Shown here: piece after piece, positions 58,638-64,000 of the stretch | Position numbering within the stretch: the stretch's first letter is position 1 | How the letters are laid out: every line of letters begins with the position of its first letter | Source of the DNA: Bdellovibrionales bacterium | GTDB lineage: Bacteria > Bdellovibrionota > Bdellovibrionia > Bdellovibrionales > JAUICD01 | Assembly: GCA_965197425.1 (NCBI GenBank) | Contig: CBDANC010000014.1 | Span: forward strand, 96,001-160,000 | Reading direction: 5' to 3' | DNA: 64,000 nt | Notes under the pieces: generated by a model | Told to the model about the DNA's origin: nothing | Seen by the model: only the letters and a program-made list of their open reading frames with translations | Database searches by the model: none | Program-made: the position numbers and the translations under genes

Positions 58638-59774
58638 ATGAAAATAAAAAGATCCTTACTACCTAGCCTAAAGAAATATCTAAACAAAAAGATCTTACTT
58701 ATCAGTGGGCCTAGGCAAGGTGGAAAAACAACCCTTGCGAGAATGATCTCTCAAGACCATGACTATATCAATTATGACAATGTAAAAGACCGCCTTATTT
58801 TAAATGTACAATCATGGGACCGCTCAAAGCAATATATAATTTTTGATGAACTTCACAAAAAAGATAAATGGAAAAGTTGGTTGAAAGGAGTTTTTGACAG
58901 CGAAGGAATTCCACCAGGAATTGTTGTCACCGGAAGTGCCAGAATGGATATTTATAAAAAAGTAGGTGATTCAATGGCAGGAAGATTTTTTTCTTTTCAT
59001 CTTTTTCCACTAGATTTAAAAGAGCTATACGACAAAAAAGTTAAAAACAATACTGAGCAAACCATGGACAAACTTCTACAATATAGCGGTTTTCCAGAAC
59101 CCTACATAGAAGCCAAGAAAACCTTTTACAGATTATGGGAAAAAACACACATAGATACTATAATCAGAAATGATCTAATCGAACTAGAAAGTCCAAAACA
59201 TATTAAAAAGATCGAAACCTTAATAGAGCTATTAAAAGAATCAATAGGAAACCCTCTCTCATCAGCCGGACTTGCAAACCAATTAGAATGCTCTCCAAAA
59301 ACCGTAGATAATTGGCTTAGGTGGTTGGAAGAGCTATATATTATATTCAGAGTTACTCCCTACAGCCAAAGTATTCCAAAAAGCCTTAAGAAAATGTCAA
59401 AATATTATTTCTATAATTGGGCCTTAGCTAAACACAAAGGAGCTTTGCTGGAGAACTTCGTGGCATGCTCTCTTCTTAAAGAGAATTATTTTAGACAAGA
59501 TACAACAGGAGAAACCAGAGGGCTAAATTACCTAAGAACCAAAGATAAACAAGAGATAGATTTTGTACTCACCAAAAACGGTAAGCCTGTGTCTTTATTA
59601 GAGTCAAAATGGTCGGATAATAACCTACATCCACCATTAAAAACATTGTCCAGAAACTTAAAAAATATTCCTAAAATTCAACTAGTCAAAGAATTAGACA
59701 GAGAAAAAACTTTCAAAGGAGGGTTTGAAATCAGAAGAGCATCAAAGTGGTTGGCTAAAATGCCGTATCTATAA
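58638..59774 (+). CDS. AAA_14/DUF4143 ATPase
   Basis: GPRQGGKTT, FDELH, TGSA, SGFPEP, KYYFY and EIDFV..ESK. Confidence 0.9.
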   Translation: MKIKRSLLPSLKKYLNKKILLISGPRQGGKTTLARMISQDHDYINYDNVKDRLILNVQSWDRSKQYIIFDELHKKDKWKSWLKGVFDSEGIPPGIVVTGSARMDIYKKVGDSMAGRFFSFHLFPLDLKELYDKKVKNNTEQTMDKLLQYSGFPEPYIEAKKTFYRLWEKTHIDTIIRNDLIELESPKHIKKIETLIELLKESIGNPLSSAGLANQLECSPKTVDNWLRWLEELYIIFRVTPYSQSIPKSLKKMSKYYFYNWALAKHKGALLENFVACSLLKENYFRQDTTGETRGLNYLRTKDKQEIDFVLTKNGKPVSLLESKWSDNNLHPPLKTLSRNLKNIPKIQLVKELDREKTFKGGFEIRRASKWLAKMPYL

Positions 59775-59802
59775 AATAAAAGTATTCACTGAAACTGAAA
59801 AG

Positions 59803-60369
59803 TTATTGTGAAGAAAGTAAATCTTGAAACTCTCTCAATACTGCTGGATGAGTCCAGTCAAAACTTGATGCGACTTTTTTAATTAACTTATGCGACTTAT
59901 CTAAAATATAACTCTCTGGAATTCTATCTGTACCCCAAACTTTTGAAACACTAAGATCACTATCTTGTAATACGTAAAGCCCCTTAGCACCAGCTCCACC
60001 AAAAGCATTTACAAAATCAACTATATCACCCTTTTCTTCATCTATAGAAACAGCTACAATTTTGACCTCTCCATTAAAATGTTCCAAAAACTTCAACATA
60101 GACGGAAACTCGTCAATACAAGGGCTGCACCAAGAGGCCCAAAAATTAACAATCACAGCATTACCCAAAAGATCAGACAATACAAAAGGATTGCCATCAA
60201 TATCAGTTAATTCAATAGGAAAAGCTCCGTCCTTTTCCATCTTATCTATTTTTTCAGTTGAGTGCTCTGGATTAGAACCATGAAAAAAAGAATTAACACT
60301 AAAGCCAAGAAAAATAAACACCCCCGATGCTATCACAACAGTAATAAAACCTCTAGAGGCACTATTCAT
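59803..60369 (-). CDS. TlpA/ResA-like thiol-disulfide oxidoreductase
   Basis: VNFWASWCSPC, IPESY and N-terminal TM helix. Confidence 0.92.
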   Translation of the reverse strand: MNSASRGFITVVIASGVFIFLGFSVNSFFHGSNPEHSTEKIDKMEKDGAFPIELTDIDGNPFVLSDLLGNAVIVNFWASWCSPCIDEFPSMLKFLEHFNGEVKIVAVSIDEEKGDIVDFVNAFGGAGAKGLYVLQDSDLSVSKVWGTDRIPESYILDKSHKLIKKVASSFDWTHPAVLREFQDLLSSQ

Positions 60370-60374
60370 AGTAC

Positions 60375-61190
60375 TTAACTTTTCTTTTTGCCTTTACCAC
60401 CAAATATAGATGGCCTTTTAAAACCAAACTTAGAACGACCGGAAGTCTTAGTCTTAGCTGCCTTATCAACCTTGGCTTCCTTACTTGTAGCTTCCTTACC
60501 TTTAACTTCCTTAGATTTGGTACTTTTGCGCTTGGCGGCACCTTTGCTCTTAGCAGTAACTGTACTCTTAGTTCCTTTTGAAGTGGCTTTTTGTTTTGTA
60601 GCTTGCTGTTTTTTACCCTTCGTATCTTTTGATTTAGTTTCTTTAGGCTTATCACTCTTACTCTGAGTCTTTTTAACTCTCTTTGCTTTCTTTTTAGCTA
60701 TTAACTGGGCTTTTCTAGATTTATTCTTTTTAGTAGAACCCTTCTTTTTTACCTCTTCATTCTCTGAAGCTTCTTTCTTAGATACTTCTTCTTTCTTTGG
60801 TTTGTCTGCCTTAACCAAACCTTTACTCACGCCTGAGTAATCTACCCATTCTATGAAAGCCATTTGGGCATTATCACCAAGCCTGTTTCCAATCTTGATA
60901 ATTCTGGTATAACCACCATCTCTGTCTTTAAATTTCTGGCTTAGGCTATCTACAACTTCTGAAACCATCTTTTTGTTAGGATACTTAGACAACAAAATCC
61001 TAACAGAGCTTAAACCACCACGTTTACCTATAGTAATAGCCCTGTCAGCATGCCTACGAAGCTCTTTAGCCTTTTGCAAAGTTGTTTTAATTCTTCCATG
61101 CTCAACTAAAGATATAACTAAGTTCCTAATAAGAGCTTTTTTGTGATTAAAATCTCTTCCAAAATTTTTTCTGTTAGCTCTGTGTCTCAC
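60375..61190 (-). CDS. rplQ: 50S ribosomal protein L17 with long Lys-rich C-terminal extension
   Basis: MRHR, IKTTLQKAKELR, RDGGYTRI and RLGDNAQMAFIE; follows rpoA. Confidence 0.96.
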   Translation of the reverse strand: MRHRANRKNFGRDFNHKKALIRNLVISLVEHGRIKTTLQKAKELRRHADRAITIGKRGGLSSVRILLSKYPNKKMVSEVVDSLSQKFKDRDGGYTRIIKIGNRLGDNAQMAFIEWVDYSGVSKGLVKADKPKKEEVSKKEASENEEVKKKGSTKKNKSRKAQLIAKKKAKRVKKTQSKSDKPKETKSKDTKGKKQQATKQKATSKGTKSTVTAKSKGAAKRKSTKSKEVKGKEATSKEAKVDKAAKTKTSGRSKFGFKRPSIFGGKGKKKS

Positions 61191-61193
61191 AAA

Positions 61194-62207
61194 CTACTTC
61201 TTCCTTTCTTCCCAGTCAGCAGGAGGCCAACCTTCTATGTTCATACCAAGACCCAAATCCATTTCTGTTAGTATTTCCTTAATTTCATTTAAAGATTTTC
61301 TACCAAAATTCTTAGTCTTCAACATCTCAGCTTCCGATCTAGTAACCAACTCACCTATATACTGAATGTTAGCATTCTTAAGACAGTTTGCACTTCTAAC
61401 CGAAAGTTCCAAGTCATCAACTGATCTAAACAAGTTTTCATTCAATTTATAATCAACGCTCTTAGACTGTTCTTCATCTGGTTCACTTGTCTCATCAAAG
61501 TTAATAAATACCTGGAACTGCTCTTTTATTATCTTAGAACCCAATGCCAAAGCTTCATCAGGCTTTAAAGAACCATCAGTCCAAACTTCAAAAGTTAATT
61601 GATCATAGTCAGTTCTCTGGCCAACCCTAGCATTGCTCACAGCGTAATTAACCCTTCTTATAGGGGAATACAAACTATCAACCGCTATAAAACCAGGAGG
61701 AATATCAGTTTTTTGTTCAGCAGCAACATAACCTCTGTCAAACTTACAAATGATCTCAGCTTCAAATTTAGCATTTTCACCCAAAGTACATATGTGCTGA
61801 TCAGGATTAACAATCTCTATGTTATGATTTAAATTAATATCAGAAGCCTTAACCTTACCAGGTCCTGACTTTGAAATTGTCAGTGCTTGAGGCTCAGAGT
61901 TGTGCTGCCTAAATCTAACCTCTTTTAAATTAAGAATAATATTAGTAACATCTTCCATAACATCTGGAATATGAGTAAACTCATGCAACACATCTTTAAA
62001 CCTAACGGCAGATACAGCAGAACCCATCATAGAACTTAAAAGAACTCTTCTTAAAGAATTACCCAAAGTAGTTCCATAACCCTGCTCCAGAGGCTTAATT
62101 ACAAATTTACCATAATCACCCTGAAGAGTACTCTTACTAAAAGATTTAGGTCTAATTAAACCTCTCCAAAAATGTGATTGATGATCTTGTATCTCTATCT
62201 TTTCCAT
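61194..62207 (-). CDS. rpoA: RNA polymerase alpha subunit
   Basis: [32 protein letters not shown] and [10 protein letters not shown]. Confidence 0.99.
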   Translation of the reverse strand: MEKIEIQDHQSHFWRGLIRPKSFSKSTLQGDYGKFVIKPLEQGYGTTLGNSLRRVLLSSMMGSAVSAVRFKDVLHEFTHIPDVMEDVTNIILNLKEVRFRQHNSEPQALTISKSGPGKVKASDINLNHNIEIVNPDQHICTLGENAKFEAEIICKFDRGYVAAEQKTDIPPGFIAVDSLYSPIRRVNYAVSNARVGQRTDYDQLTFEVWTDGSLKPDEALALGSKIIKEQFQVFINFDETSEPDEEQSKSVDYKLNENLFRSVDDLELSVRSANCLKNANIQYIGELVTRSEAEMLKTKNFGRKSLNEIKEILTEMDLGLGMNIEGWPPADWEERKK

Positions 62208-62271
62208 CTCTATATCTCCTAAAAATTACTCTCTGTTACTTAATATTCCCTAATACCTAAACATATAACTA

Positions 62272-62895
62272 TTATCTAGAATAAAACTCTACGATCATGT
62301 TCTCTTCAACCTGCAAAGAAACCTCTTCCCTTGAAGGTAACGCCTTGACCTCACCTTGAAACTTGCCGTGATCAGCCACTAACCAAGAAGGCAGTTGTCT
62401 TTTTTTAGAAGACTCAATACCAGCCATTATTTTGATATCTCTCTTCTTCTCCTCCACAACAACCATATCATCAACTTTTAAAACGGCACTTGAAACATTT
62501 GCCCTTTTAGAATTTATACTAAAATGATTGTGAGAGATTAACTGTCTGGCTTCTCTCCTAGAAGAAGCATACCCCAAGGTATAAACCACATTGTCAAATC
62601 GCATCTCTAATTGTCTTAATAAGTTTAATCCAGTATCACCCTTAACTCTGTTTGCATTTTGGTAGTATTTTCGAAATTGGCCCTCTAGCACACCATAATA
62701 TCTTCTAGCCTTCTGCTTCTCTCTCAACTGTAAAGCAAACTCCGAAAATTTCAGCCTTCTCTGACCAGCCTGCCCTGGAGGATAAGATCTTCTCTCATAA
62801 GAACACTTGTCCAAATAACAACGATCTCCCTTGAGAAAAAGCTTCATGCCTTCTCTTCTGCACAATTTACAAGAACTTTCTATAATCTTACTCAT
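62272..62895 (-). CDS. rpsD: 30S ribosomal protein S4
   Basis: CKLCRREG..C..C zinc motif, QLREKQK, LEMRFDNVVY and IVEFYSR. Confidence 0.98.
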   Translation of the reverse strand: MSKIIESSCKLCRREGMKLFLKGDRCYLDKCSYERRSYPPGQAGQRRLKFSEFALQLREKQKARRYYGVLEGQFRKYYQNANRVKGDTGLNLLRQLEMRFDNVVYTLGYASSRREARQLISHNHFSINSKRANVSSAVLKVDDMVVVEEKKRDIKIMAGIESSKKRQLPSWLVADHGKFQGEVKALPSREEVSLQVEENMIVEFYSR

Positions 62896-63156
62896 AAAGG
62901 TCTTCCTAATGAGGCTAAAAACAAGTGGACTTGTTCACTTTTTTTAGCCGAATGGTTGCCCAGCTCTACACATGTCATCAAACTCATCTCATAAAGGTCT
63001 TCCACAACACTGATTGAACCTGGCAACAAGTTGGCTCTGCCGACTTTTGCCAGGTGAATTACGTTTTGACACAGCCACTTAAAATCTAAAGGCAAACCAA
63101 AACTTTTCAAAGCCTGGTGGTTGTCCAACTCTACACATGTCATTAAATTCATCTCC
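62894..63156 (+). repeat. Dispersed repeat cluster (A+tail+B+tail) between rpsK and rpsD
   Basis: Two ATAAAGGTCTTCC units and two CTCTACACATGTCAT tails. Confidence 0.93.
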
Positions 63157-63172
63157 TAAATTCTTCTATCTT

Positions 63173-63541
63173 CTAAACTCGTCTACGCTTTGGAGGCCTA
63201 CAACCATTATGTGGTATAGAAGTTATATCCCTAATAGTAGTTACCCTAACACCCATGTTAGCTATACAACGAACCGAAGATTCACGGCCCGCTCCGGGAC
63301 CTTTTACATAAACATCTACAGATTTAAGTCCACTAGCCATTGCTGCCTTTATGGCGTTCTCCGTTGCAACCTGTGCCGCAAAAGGCGTTCCCTTTTTATT
63401 ACCCTTAAATCCCAGTTTTCCCGCACTTGACCAACACAGAGTCTTACCAACCTGATCTGTTATAGTGATAATGGTGTTACTAAAACCAGCCTGAATATAA
63501 GCTCTGCCAGTTACCACATTTTTCTTTTTAACCTTAGCCAT
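63173..63541 (-). CDS. rpsK: 30S ribosomal protein S11
   Basis: [24 protein letters not shown] and [12 protein letters not shown]. Confidence 0.98.
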   Translation of the reverse strand: MAKVKKKNVVTGRAYIQAGFSNTIITITDQVGKTLCWSSAGKLGFKGNKKGTPFAAQVATENAIKAAMASGLKSVDVYVKGPGAGRESSVRCIANMGVRVTTIRDITSIPHNGCRPPKRRRV

Positions 63542-63569
63542 ATTTTACATAACCCCGTCTTAAACTGAC

Positions 63570-63944
63570 CTATATAGCCTTTTTCTTATTAGCTACAGTT
63601 TTCTTTGGCCCCTTTCTAGTTCTACAATTTGTTCTGGTGTTCTGACCGTTAACAGGAAGACCTTTCTTATGTCTCATACCTCTATAACAGTTTAAATCCT
63701 TAAGCCTCTTAATGGACATAGAGACCTCTCTAGATAAATCACCCTCAACCTTATAATCACCCTGAATAGCAGATCTTATTTTGGCCACATCCTGATCTGT
63801 CAGATTGTCTGTTCTAAACGACAGATCAAACCCAAGTTTCTTCACTATGTCATAGGCAGTCTTTCTACCAACGCCATACAAATAAGTTAGAGCCACAACC
63901 AGTCTCTTGTTTTTAGGTAAATCAACACCACTAATTCTAGCCAC
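63570..63944 (-). CDS. rpsM: 30S ribosomal protein S13
   Basis: (M)[14 protein letters not shown] and [21 protein letters not shown] start at 63944. Confidence 0.97.
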   Translation of the reverse strand: MARISGVDLPKNKRLVVALTYLYGVGRKTAYDIVKKLGFDLSFRTDNLTDQDVAKIRSAIQGDYKVEGDLSREVSMSIKRLKDLNCYRGMRHKKGLPVNGQNTRTNCRTRKGPKKTVANKKKAI

Positions 63945-63948
63945 TACA

Positions 63949-64000
63949 CTACCCCTGCCTTTGTTTATGTTTGGCATTTGCACAGATAACTCTGACAACA
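63949..64000 (-). CDS. rpmJ: 50S ribosomal protein L36, C-terminal part (not in ORF track)
   Basis: Minus strand reads [16 protein letters not shown]. Confidence 0.92.
   Translation of the reverse strand, partial: VVRVICANAKHKQRQG

Noticed and set aside
40160..63156. CRISPR array interpretation of the repeats
   Set aside because: Copies are dispersed, have no regular repeat-spacer period, reuse the same internal hairpins, and no cas genes are present.
1566..63430. Numerous short antisense or nested ORFs in the track (e.g. 4517-4909, 13122-13544, 38399-38764, 45702-46139, 60362-60655)
   Set aside because: They overlap well-supported genes on the opposite strand or another frame and have no motifs.
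1..64000. Apparent increase in C-over-G skew on the plus strand towards the right half (possible terminus nearby)
   Set aside because: Confounded by gene orientation, not quantifiable by eye, and no convincing dif site found. A cumulative skew plot is needed.

Overview
AT-rich bacterial chromosomal window, most likely Bdellovibrionota. This is inferred from YQNC lipoprotein signals, R-x-x-A-S linkers, a GYF-TPR protein, a PilZ membrane protein and a Cys-rich vWA lipoprotein. Most genes are housekeeping: icmF-like mutase, slt, radA, thiolase, glyA, ddl, galE, dacB, hpt, rsmH-ftsL-ftsI, rmuC, lon, phnDCE, tRNA-Ser, serS, tal, thiI, ppk1 and rpmJ-rpsM-rpsK-rpsD-rpoA-rplQ. Two things stand out. 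(1) A dispersed modular intergenic repeat family occurs at 8 loci plus one degenerate copy. It has a constant end (AAAGGTCTTCC) and a constant tail (TGGTTGCCCAGCTCTACACATGTCATCAAACTCATC). These frame hairpins that vary in sequence but keep the same structure: covarying tandem G.A pairs, a bulged pyrimidine in an A-tract stem and a mini-loop. The element is oriented with local transcription. Its end forms the RBS and overlaps the ATG of rpsD, thiI and a DUF938 gene, or abuts a -35 box (ftsL, tRNA-Ser). (2) A candidate anti-phage operon pairs a 1366-aa nuclease-STAND ATPase (Avs/NLR-like) with an overlapping HEPN-motif gene. The window also holds a decayed galE fragment bordering a ybjQ-ybjQ-M48 islet, a tandem matrixin-lipoprotein array with a remnant third copy, several sigma28-like promoters and orphan TA-type genes. 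All calls come from reading motifs by eye; no database search was run.
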